The notes below the pieces were generated by a model. It searched no databases. It was not told the origin of the DNA and saw nothing but the letters and a program-made list of their open reading frames with translations. A stretch of 20,000 nt of DNA from Eremomyces bilateralis CBS 781.70 (lineage: Eukaryota), in the NCBI GenBank assembly GCA_010015585.1, contig ML975170.1, one strand, 5' to 3'. Numbering within the stretch: the first letter of the stretch is position 1; every line of letters begins with the position of its first letter. The translations under genes and the position numbers were made by a program. Positions 11,272-20,000 of the stretch are shown here, one piece after another.

Positions 11272-12247
11272 ATGGCGGGAGATCCACAGCAAACATCCCC
11301 GCCACATGTGGATGAACATGACAAGTTTATTGTGCCTCAAAGTTTTGGCTTCAGCAAAGATCGCAAGTCGCGGTCAGGCTTTGCGCCAGAATCGACGCCG
11401 CAAGATAACCTTCCAATCGTAGTCCCGGACGAGGCAGAAAAGCAGGTCGACCATGGACATTGGGGGAGATCACCATTGGAGGTGGAGTCGGAACAACCAA
11501 AATTTACCATTGATCACACCAGAGGCGACACCACTGGCATCGAGGTCGCTCCGGAGAGACCAGAGGAAAAGAAGGGGCAACTTATCTTCGGGTTCAAGAA
11601 GAGAACCTTCTGGTTACTACTCGCTCTGCTTACAGTAATCATAGTTGGCGGAGCAGTTGGTGGTGGTGTAGGTGGAGGAATAGCAGTCAAGAACAAGAAC
11701 GAAGCGGCAGCATCTGCTGCTGCTGCTGCTAGTCAGGCGGCGGACTCATCATCGAGTGCATCGTAAGTAGTTCTAAAAGCGGCATGTCTATCGATAACGC
11801 AACTTACGACTCCCTAGGCCGGCATCACCCCCGTCCTCCACATCGGCATCAAACATCCTTCCAACAGAATCGTCCAAGCACCCTGGGTTCAGCCTCCGCG
11901 TCTTTTCCAACGCCTCATTCAGTGGCCAAGTCCAGACATTCACCGAACCAGGGTTCTATCAGCTCGCCTACGTTGGAGAATCGTATATTTGGCTTCCTAA
12001 GAATACATATTGTTCGGTCAGCTTCTGCGAAGGCGACATAGACTTGGGCTGGCGTGGATACAATTCTACGTACCGTGACCAATTTGGCGATTCTATTGGA
12101 CAGATGTCGCATATTAATCTTGCATGTACGGGGATCTATGAAAGTCCTGGCTGTCCTGATTCACCACTTCCGAGTGCAAGAACGGTAGAAGTCGAAACCG
12201 CTACGGAGTTGATCGAGCCGACTGGGATTCCATCTTCAAGTGGTTGA
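11272..12247 (+). CDS. Single-pass type II membrane protein with GGAVGGGVGGG TM motif and a Cys-containing C-terminal ectodomain, 2 exons, ~306 aa
   Basis: Exons 11272-11762 and 11818-12247, with intron GTAAGT..CTAG. The layout is a disordered N-terminus, FGFKKRTFWLLLALLTVIIVGGAVGGGVGGGIAV, an Ala/Ser-rich stalk, then GFSLRVFSNASFSGQVQTFTEPGFYQL...YCSVSFCEG...LACTG...PGCP. Confidence 0.82.
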
Positions 12248-13209
12248 GTGAGAAAGGGGCACAATAATGTGGACGACCTTTATATGCGCAGAGTCCGCGA
12301 AGAGAAGGAATAGAGGGTTTACATGGGGATATGTTGCATCATGTTGCCATTCTTGATCCTCAATCTGCGAACACCTCGTCAGATACGGAATCTCGAGATT
12401 GAAACATGTCGAGGCTCTGTAGCTTCCGGAACTCCTGAAGATGTCCTGGTGCGCAATATGAATTTAAAGAATGAAATACAAAAGTCGTACCGCTACGTAC
12501 GAACAGACGATTGACAGAGAAGGGCGAACCATCGATGAGAGCACGATCAGTGCGAATACGACTTACAAATATCCAGTCTAGAAGACGACCTTTACACGAA
12601 GATGATGCTGGTTTTGGCTTAGCCATGTCATTCAAGTTTGGTCTCGGAACATCCTATGCTCGCAGGTACTCCCAGCGATGTGTCCTATCTACTCATTATG
12701 GAGTGGTATTCTCCGCAGCTGCTATCATCCTATATCTCCGACCGATCTTTATTACTGAGTACACCCGCGCAGCCATAACACCATCAAATTACATATTTAA
12801 ACAACAACACAGTTGTCAGGTTTTTGGTAAGGGGTCGGTGATCGCTGCAAGCAGAAGAAAAGTCCTCAACCGTTCAATCGTCCGTGGTCATACTGTTCCA
12901 GACCACTAAGCATATTTTCCAAGGGCATTTGTCGTGCTGGCCTCGTTTTGGAGATTTATTTCAAAAGTTCTTGATTGCATGAGTTCGTTCCATCAACGCA
13001 AAATACCGTATATTTGATATGAATATATAAGTCGGCGTGCAAATATTCCTTTGAAGTGTGAACCCAATTCGAAATTTCCATGCCATGAGCAGCACCCATT
13101 GAACAACACTAAATGGGACCCAGGGGCATGGGATGTCAAAAAAAAAGCATTAAACCACTGAATCGCTACTCGTCAAATCGGTCGGCCATCCCGACAATGG
13201 TAGACTCCA

Positions 13210-14221
13210 TCAAACATCATACTTTGAGATGATGTCCTTGATGCTTGCTCCAGATTGTGCAAGAGCTGATGTTTCTTCCTGATCCAGTGGTATCGGAAGA
13301 GTAGATACGATACCACTCCGTCCTAGCACGGCAGGAAGACTGAGACAACAGCCAAAATCATTCTGCCAGTGGCTCAAGGGGAAAACTCGACGTTGGTCGA
13401 AGACGATACACTCGCAAATGGTTGACGCCACGGCAGCGATGCCGTAGGAAGTGAACCCTTTCGCTTTGATAATCTCGTACGCCTTTCTCTTCGTGATAGC
13501 TGCGACCTTGGCACGTTCCTCCTCGTCGATTGGAAACAATGACAGATACGGTGTACCATGGACGTTCGCTGTAGACCATGCAACCTATATCACTCTTAGC
13601 GGACGCCTTTGAAGATGAGGATGAAGCATACGCATTGCGAATCTCCATGTTCGCCGATAACATAGGCGCTAACTGATGTATCCGCAACCTGCAATATGTT
13701 AGCCTCGATGCGCTGATATTGGTTATGGAGTAAACCTTGAGCTTGGATGCGAGGATGGCCCGAAGTCTGATCGAGTCGAGCAATGTCCCGGACCCAAAAA
13801 CCTGGCTCTGCGGCAACCCCGAAAGCTTCTGAGCAAAGTAAGTCAGAACATCCACTGGATTTGCGACAAGGACGAGGATTGCGTCCTCCCTGATCGGCTT
13901 CATGGAGCTCAGGATATTCTCAAGGATCGCATAGTTCCGATCAATCAGACTCATTCTTGTGTCGTTTTCCCGTTGTTTGGCCCCAGCAGTAACAACGATG
14001 ATGTTTGACTGGCCGGCTTCGGCACTGGTTCCCTGTCTTATACGGACATTGGAGAGGTATGCGGCGTCGGCAAGATCCTGCACTTGCGCGTTGCATAGCT
14101 CGGTGTCAATATCAACAAGAATGAGGTCGGCAACAATTTTGCGCAACAGCAAAGACTGGGCTATGGCGGAGCCTACGGATCCGGCTCCAATTATGGCTAT
14201 CGTATCGCTTGTAGGAAGCAT
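13210..14221 (-). CDS. ldh: NAD-dependent L-lactate dehydrogenase (LDH/MDH superfamily), 3 exons, 305 aa
   Basis: Exons 14221-13736, 13688-13632 and 13584-13210. Motifs: Rossmann IIGAGSVG, VVTAGAKQRENDTRMSLIDRN (Gln in the LDH specificity position), VANPVD, GSGTLLDSIR, YVIGEHGDS (catalytic His) and AYEIIKAKGFTSYGIA. Confidence 0.93.
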
Positions 14222-14274
14222 GGTGAATATGATATATCGTGATCGGCGATCAAGGGATCAAGCGCACTGGGGGC

Positions 14275-14281
14275 TTTTATA
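14275..14281 (-). promoter_or_regulatory. Candidate TATA box of the LDH gene
   Basis: TATAAAA on the minus strand lies ~55 nt upstream of the LDH ATG. Confidence 0.5.
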
Positions 14282-15105
14282 GTAGTGAGGAGAATATGAA
14301 CACCACCATTCTTGTTACAGTGCCACGTCAGTACGGTAGTCACGTTATAGCCATTTAGATCAACAAATCGTTAAGTCAGGAGACGGTGGTGAGTGTAAGG
14401 CTCGGAAAGTCATCTGCCACTTCATTTCTTAGCAAACGAGGCTGAGTATGTACCAGTATGCGCCCATATCCAATGCAGCCGCGGAGGTTTGCCTTGAACG
14501 GCTTCTGATATGGACTTATTTCACTTCGATTTCTGTAAGACATACAGAGGCCAGAGCCTAAGAGAAATGGGTGTGCTGACAGCTCCGACTTCCGAGGCTT
14601 TCATGCATAATGAAACTCATGAAACAAAACAGTCTGTGTGCGTCGGTGGCGTACCCTTGAATCCGTACTGGTCTGTGCCTCACCAGATCTTGTATTATTC
14701 CAAAGCTCTTCCATTGATAGGTTTAAAAGCTTCAAGTTCTGGTACATAGGGCCACATCAACCTGAACAAAACGAGGACGACGGAGCAAGTCCATCCATAT
14801 CGTGAAGGCAAGACCCTGCGAAAATTGCTTTTGCCCCTGCAAAACTGGCTGCTTCTGCTCCAGGCGATAGGCATGAGAAGGAGTGTAAGTGGGTAATCGG
14901 GGTGAACAGATAATTAGACGGTACATGTGTAGACATCGGGCTCCCGGCGCCCCAAAACTAGCTCGTAATACAGCCCCTAAACATCGGGATGGAGAGGCCA
15001 TACGTACCTGCCTATGGCCCACCCATTAATATCGACGGCCTTATTTTTGCCCGCCTCTCTGTGCCTACCACAGTTTTGTCTTCTTTCCCAGACTATTAGC
15101 CAATA

Positions 15106-16404
15106 CACTGACAGGACATAAGTCTGGTCAGGGTCGTCAAATCACGCGAAAATCCCCCATCACCACCACACATTGAGATACGCTCAAAAACGTAGAGAGA
15201 GCGATCAGTATACTATTTTTTGATTACCTAATTGAGACGCGTCTAGTATTTCGTATGCCAGCCCTTTGCTTTGACCACCGCTCGTAAACGCTTCGAAATT
15301 GAGTCAATCAGTGCCCAGATGGTCTCCTGAGGGATCACCCACGCCTGATTTAACGCCGTGTTCATGGCCTCCCGTGCGTCCTCTGAGGCATCTATCATCT
15401 TCAATTCAGGGTGGAGCTCTAGGGCCTTTGTTTTTAATAGGTGCCACATGTGTTCGATGGGGTTAAGGTCTGGGGAATGGGTTGGCCAATCGATAACCCA
15501 AATACCATGCGTCTCCAGCCATTCTTGGGTGATTTTGGCCGTATGGATCCTTGCATTACCCTGGATAACAGTATCCCCAGGTTCATACATAGGGAGGAGT
15601 CCCTCCTCTAACGTAGCGATGTAGGATTTCGCGGAATAGCCCTGTCTTAGAGAGTCTTCGTCGCGGTCTATGATCACCAGCTCCGACCTCCCTTCACGCG
15701 AGATTGAGCCCCAAATCATCTGCGAAATCCCCTTTCCAGGGGTCTTAGGCTCGATCATCTTTGGCTCGTATGCTTCGTGATATAGGCGCCATATCCAAAC
15801 CTGTTTTCCGCCGGCACCTTTCTCATAAGAGTACTCGTCTGTAGAGTGGGTCCTTGAGAAGTCGAAATCTACGAACTCACAGGCGAATTGGAGCCGGTCT
15901 TTGACGTGTTAAGGCCTGAGATGGGGCCTCTCCTTCGCTCGCCACTTCGTAAGGTGATATTTCTTAAGCGTTCGGTAGACAGTCTTCTTTGAGATCCGGA
16001 GGTATTCGACGCCTGCGAGGAGCTCTGAGTACTCCATCTTTGGGAATCTGCGTGCAATTTTGACGATATGCCGTTCGTCTGACCGTGATAATATAGGGGG
16101 GGGGCCCTTACGAGGTCTAGATTTAAGGAGGTGGTCTTGATCCCATCTTTTCTGCGTCCTGTACACCGTAAGTTGCGTAACGTTGAACTCCTCCGCCACT
16201 TCGCTCTTCGTTTTCCCACAAGATAGGTTCCCAAGATCACAGCTCTTTGAACATCGGTTAATTCGTCGTTTCTGCGTCGATTGGCACTAATTTCATTACC
16301 GAAAGACCTCATTTTAATGGTGATGTTGATGGTTAAAAACTGGTGGTATTCAGCTGAGATAAGAGTCTTGATGTGTGACTGACCAGACTTGTGGCTTAGT
16401 ACTT
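15106..16404 (-). mobile_element. Degenerate Tc1/mariner (impala-like, DD34E) DNA transposon, 1299 bp
   Basis: Imperfect 26-bp TIRs at 15106-15131 and 16379-16404 are 18/26 identical and share the core AAGTCTGGTCAG. Each is flanked by TA (15104-15105, 16405-16406), and they enclose a transposase pseudogene. Confidence 0.85.
15243..16312 (-). pseudogene. Tc1-family transposase pseudogene
   Basis: The N-terminus is HTH-like (SEVAEEFNVTQLTVYR), followed by STDE, MIWGSIS, Q(G)NARIHTA and WPTHSPDLNPIEHMW, with 34 residues between the second catalytic position and the E. Lesions: a frameshift near 16210, an in-frame TAA at 15909-15911, and the second catalytic D replaced by G. Confidence 0.9.
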
Positions 16405-17009
16405 TACCATATGATAAGTCGATTATGTCGCAACGAGGACTCCTCGCGTAAACAGTGTTCTTACCCTCTTATATCCAATGAACTTTATTAGCGTCTTATA
16501 GGGATAGCATCAGAGCTGTTCGAAATTTGCAGGACATCTTTTCAGAATGCAATGAATTCCAGACATAACCATTACTGGACACTACATCATCAACTGTGTG
16601 CATTTTCACACACAAAGGGAAGGTTAGATTTGAATATAAAAGTTTTTCCAGGAGGTCTGGAATAATGTGTACACACGAACTGAATCGATTGAAGCACTGC
16701 TAGATATCCCAAAGGTGGAAAGTACCCAGTTGATGTCAGAGAACGTGGCCGGTTTTCCTTTTCCTAGTGCCGTATGTTAACGAAATCTCTGAATACGACG
16801 TCTTGAGCGGCATCTATGAGCATATTTTCACGCTCTTTAGCAACAAAGATCAATCTCACTCTTTGGTCGACTGTTGGTGGTGAGCGAACAGACCACATGA
16901 TCTTCATGCCCTGTGGTCACGAGTACATACTACTACAAGGAAATAACTGAGTGGGGGGATCTAACGCCTGAGTAGAAATGTTTACATGGGTGTACCATAC
17001 TCGGTCCTC

Positions 17010-18026
17010 CTATGTCTTCACGTTGTGTCTTTCAAGCTCCTCTTCCGGCACAAGGTCGTTCAATGCTTGGGAGAAGTATTTCGCCATGGTATAGTGAGTA
17101 GTGTTCTCCAACTCCGTAAGGTTACTATGAGGCAGGCGTTTGGCCATATACCGAATTGCCTCGATCGGGGCGTTCGCGTCTTTTAATCCATGCCAGATCC
17201 TGACAGGATTATAGTCTACTTTTTCTAACTGGAATCCCCAGTCCGCATCAGATAGTAACCTGGCCTCATGCACAAACGTCGTTGAGCCTTGCTTAAAGCC
17301 CTCTAAAAGTAGCCGCACCATCCGCTCTCGTGTCTCCGCTATCGAAAGCTGCACATCCTCTCCAAGTCCAAACTCTTCTTCTTCTTTTCCTTCCTTACTA
17401 CGGCGCTTCTCTAGCGATGCGTCAATCCATCGCATGATTGGCCGCTTCTTCACCAACCACCTCAACAGACCGATGCACGTGCTTGTTGCTGCAGCAAAGG
17501 TGCCCGGCGTGTACACTGCCGCCCACGCAATGACCCGGCGGTACCACGACATGTAATGCGGGCCTGCAGCCCAAGGCGGCGCTCCCGCAAAGACTCCCAC
17601 GGCCGACACCATCGGGCGCGTCAAGTAGCGCGCACATGCCAGCGCATACGGTCCCCCGCCCGAGCAGCCGAGGACCGCGAAACGTGAAATGTGCAGAGAA
17701 TCAGCGAGAGCGGCGACATCTGCGGGCCAGTCCGTTATGCGCCGGTCCGGCTGCGCTGTCGAGAGACCGAAGCCAGGGCGGTCGGGGGCGATGATGCGGA
17801 TACCGCGACGAAGAGCCAGGCGATCCAGTGGGTAGGTTTCGAGACGCGAAGAGGGGAAGCCGTGCAAGAAGAAGAGGGGATAGCCAGTGGAGAGACCGTA
17901 TTCGGCATACCCGAGGGTACGGCCGTCGGCGAGGGTGATGGTGAGGTTCTCTTTGCCGTTAAAGTCAATGACTCGGGAGGTTGAGAGGAGTCGAGAAGTT
18001 GATGGGGCAGAGAGTGGTAGCTTCAT
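17010..18026 (-). CDS. Alpha/beta hydrolase fold protein, 338 aa, apparently intronless
   Basis: Motifs: LADGRTLGYAEYG, oxyanion FLHGFP, PDRPGFGLS, nucleophile elbow GCSGG, IWHGLKDANAP (acid) and C-terminal TTHY (His). Confidence 0.9.
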   Translation of the reverse strand: MKLPLSAPSTSRLLSTSRVIDFNGKENLTITLADGRTLGYAEYGLSTGYPLFFLHGFPSSRLETYPLDRLALRRGIRIIAPDRPGFGLSTAQPDRRITDWPADVAALADSLHISRFAVLGCSGGGPYALACARYLTRPMVSAVGVFAGAPPWAAGPHYMSWYRRVIAWAAVYTPGTFAAATSTCIGLLRWLVKKRPIMRWIDASLEKRRSKEGKEEEEFGLGEDVQLSIAETRERMVRLLLEGFKQGSTTFVHEARLLSDADWGFQLEKVDYNPVRIWHGLKDANAPIEAIRYMAKRLPHSNLTELENTTHYTMAKYFSQALNDLVPEEELERHNVKT

Positions 18027-18532
18027 TTGCGATAGAAGGTTAATTCGGTTCTGGAGCTGTCCGCGAAGCCAGATCTCAAATATGGTTCTTTGATTCCAAC
18101 ACTCTCTAATGATTCTTTTGCCGTTAGGAGTTCTAGTAGCTTCGTGATAATTATAACGAGTTCTTACTCGTTCGCTGAGGAGAGGAAGAAGAAGAGGGAG
18201 AAGGCATCTTTGTCATAGAATATCTGTGTTTCTTGGCGTTTCCGCACGGCTTCATTCCGTCATCCTTTCTGTACCCCTATTCTTTCCCTTTTTAGGGAAT
18301 AGATCACCATTGTAAGGCCTTGTCTACTTCGAAGCTGGCAGGTTTAAGAAGCAGGGGCCAGGTGGGCGTTTTGGCTTTTCTATTATTAGAAACCTGCCAG
18401 AACGGCTAATGTCTACCTACTGGCAGGTTCGGAAGCTGCAGGTTCTTACTGTGTAGTCATGTTGCCAAGTCACGATGTGTGACTTGCGTAATAGCTTCAA
18501 ATTCCAATCTGACCTCTCTTAGCCATCCACCC

Positions 18533-19042
18533 TGCAGCTACATCCCAGCCACGTGACCTAGGAATAATGTGCTCTGATTAGTCTATATACTTCGAAAATC
18601 ACTACAGCGCGGGCACCCTCACCACCTATTCCGGGCACCCCCACCACCTATTCCGGGCACCCCTACAACATATTCTGGGCATCCCCCATCACCTGTTTTG
18701 GGCACCTCCACTACCTATTCTAGGCCCTACTATCACCCATTTTGGATACCGTTTATCACTCCCGGCTCCCGTTTTGGGCACAGACGCTAGAACTGGTGGT
18801 TGGAAGTGCCCGAAAACGGATGATAGAGGGTGCCTAAAATGGGTGATGATGGGGGTCTAAAGTCGGTGGGGGGAGTGCCTAAAATAGGTGGTGGAGGTGC
18901 CCAACAAGGGTGGTAGGGGTACCCAAAACGGGTGGTAAGGGTGCCTAGAATGGGTGGTACAGATGCCCGCGCTATAGGAACTTTCGATATAGATCAATTA
19001 GAGCACAGTATTCCTAGGCCACGTGGCTGGGATGTAGTTGCA
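18533..19042. repeat. ~70-bp inverted repeat arms flanking the inner element
   Basis: 18533-18604 aligned to the reverse complement of 18975-19042 gives about 59 of 68 identical bases plus one 4-bp indel (TGCA.CTACATCCCAGCCACGTG.CCTAGGAATA.TGTGCTCT.ATT..TCTATAT). Confidence 0.9.
18605..18974. mobile_element. 370-bp foldback-type MITE with arms built of ~22-bp tandem units and TA flanks
   Basis: The ends are TA-CAGCGCGGGCAC and (rc) TA-TAGCGCGGGCAT. The left arm has about 7 units of GGGCACCCCCACCACCTATTCC (18611, 18633, 18655, 18677, 18700, 18722, 18744). The right arm has about 8 inverted units between 18806 and 18968, with a short central spacer between the arms. Confidence 0.8.
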
Positions 19043-19699
19043 ACTTGCAAGGCAGGTTGGGATGTAGATGCAGTATCTCCCTTGCCGTATACGGCGGTAG
19101 CGTAGATCCGATCAGCGATGGTGGTTTGGACGATATAGAGGGGCCATTGTGATAACAATAAGGAGCAGAGAACCTGCCAGCGAGCGTTATTATCGGGTCC
19201 ATCGATGGAGCAGAAAAAAACCTGCCGCAGGTTTGCCTAATTGGGCGAAATACGAGGTGGCGGTGCGCTAAAAAAGCCACATTTCGGGATGTGGACCTGC
19301 CGACAGGTTTTCACCACGAAAAAGTAGACATACACCCATTCTGACGTTAATATCGAACCTGCCACGAATCTGCAACGAATCTGCCACTATTTAAGTAGAC
19401 AAAGCCACCTGCCAGCGCTATTATCGGACTTGCCGGCCTTCAGGTAGACAAGGCCTTAAGTAGCTGTGTTAAGGAACTGTGTTAGGATAGCAGAGAGAAG
19501 TCTCTGGCGGTTGCAAAATGTGAGAGAACGCTTGGCGTTTTTTTGAGTGTGTGTGTGTCCCGCCCGCAACTCCACCAGAAAACGCGATATCACCCATTTT
19601 ATGACCAAAACGCGCTGAATTCGTGCCTGCAAGTTGTGAAATTAAAGGGAAATTATTAGATTGAGTTTTATATCAAGTTTTTTATTTTTTATTTAGGAA

Positions 19700-20000
19700 A
19701 TGGCACCCCAACTGCGTGGAATTGGTACGCGCAGTACGCGAACGCGCGTCCGGTTTGAAGACGAGATTGAGCGCACTGCTCAACTTGCGAGAGAACAAAC
19801 AGCTACGAAGAAAAAGAACACAAAGAAGGCGGCCCTAAAGACGGCGGGTCGAAAGAAGAAAGCCCAGGTAGCTCCAAAGAAGGTATCGGCGAAGGCATCG
19901 TCGTCTAGCATACCCAAGACTGCTAGCAAGACAACACCTCTGGAGCTAGATCCGCAAAGGGACCTTGCAGACGATGAGGAAGAGCTAGGAGAGGAAGAGC
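19700..20000 (+). CDS. 5' part of an uncharacterised ORF (basic K-rich, then acidic), running off the window
   Basis: ATG at 19700 in AAATGG context, open for 100 codons: MAPQLRGIGTRSTRTRVRFEDEIERTAQLAREQTATKKKNTKKAALKTAGRKKKAQVAPKK...DLADDEEELGEEE. Confidence 0.55.
   Translation, partial: MAPQLRGIGTRSTRTRVRFEDEIERTAQLAREQTATKKKNTKKAALKTAGRKKKAQVAPKKVSAKASSSSIPKTASKTTPLELDPQRDLADDEEELGEEE

Larger units (their letters stand above)
18313..19458. mobile_element. Non-autonomous DNA transposon (MITE-like, possibly PIF/Harbinger-type) with TIR TAAGGCCTTGTCTAC
   Basis: A perfect 15-bp inverted repeat (18313-18327 / 19444-19458) extends imperfectly for ~20 more bp, mostly through transitions. There are about 15 dispersed, partly degenerate ACCTGCC/GGCAGGT subterminal motifs and no coding ORF. 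The TSD boundary (TA vs TWA) is ambiguous. Confidence 0.72.

Noticed and set aside
12250..13200. ORFs 12323-12514, 12360-12635 and 12511-12909
   Set aside because: No motifs or consistent splice model, so they cannot be supported as genes.
18030..18216. Upstream exon extending the alpha/beta hydrolase (ATG ~18216, GTAAGA donor, CTAAC branch)
   Set aside because: The best acceptors lead to an out-of-frame stop overlapping the 18026 ATG. Only a weak GAG acceptor gives an in-frame join.
18611..18968. CRISPR array interpretation of the 22-bp repeats
   Set aside because: The units are contiguous without unique spacers and are arranged as inverted arms. The context is eukaryotic with no cas genes.

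Overview
Eukaryotic, intron-containing DNA typical of a filamentous ascomycete (short GT..AG introns, mostly with CTRAC branch sites). The left half (1.5-9.3 kb) is a dense block of six spliced genes: a hotdog-fold thioesterase, a GARS (PurD-like) gene, an MFSD10/TETRAN-like MFS transporter, mitochondrial ribosomal protein RSM27/mS33, deoxyhypusine synthase DYS1 and PHO88/SND3. The right half is looser and accessory-like. It holds a type II membrane protein with a beta/gamma-crystallin-like motif, an NAD-dependent L-lactate dehydrogenase, a dead ~1.3-kb Tc1/impala-type transposon, an alpha/beta hydrolase, a three-layer nested inverted-repeat (MITE-like) structure and a partial K-rich ORF at the edge. 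The most notable observations are two. First, the GARS gene stops cleanly after the GARS domain (425 aa) and lacks the AIRS half expected of fungal ADE5,7. Second, the inverted repeats at 18.3-19.5 kb are nested inside one another. Gene models were spliced by hand and no database searches were run.
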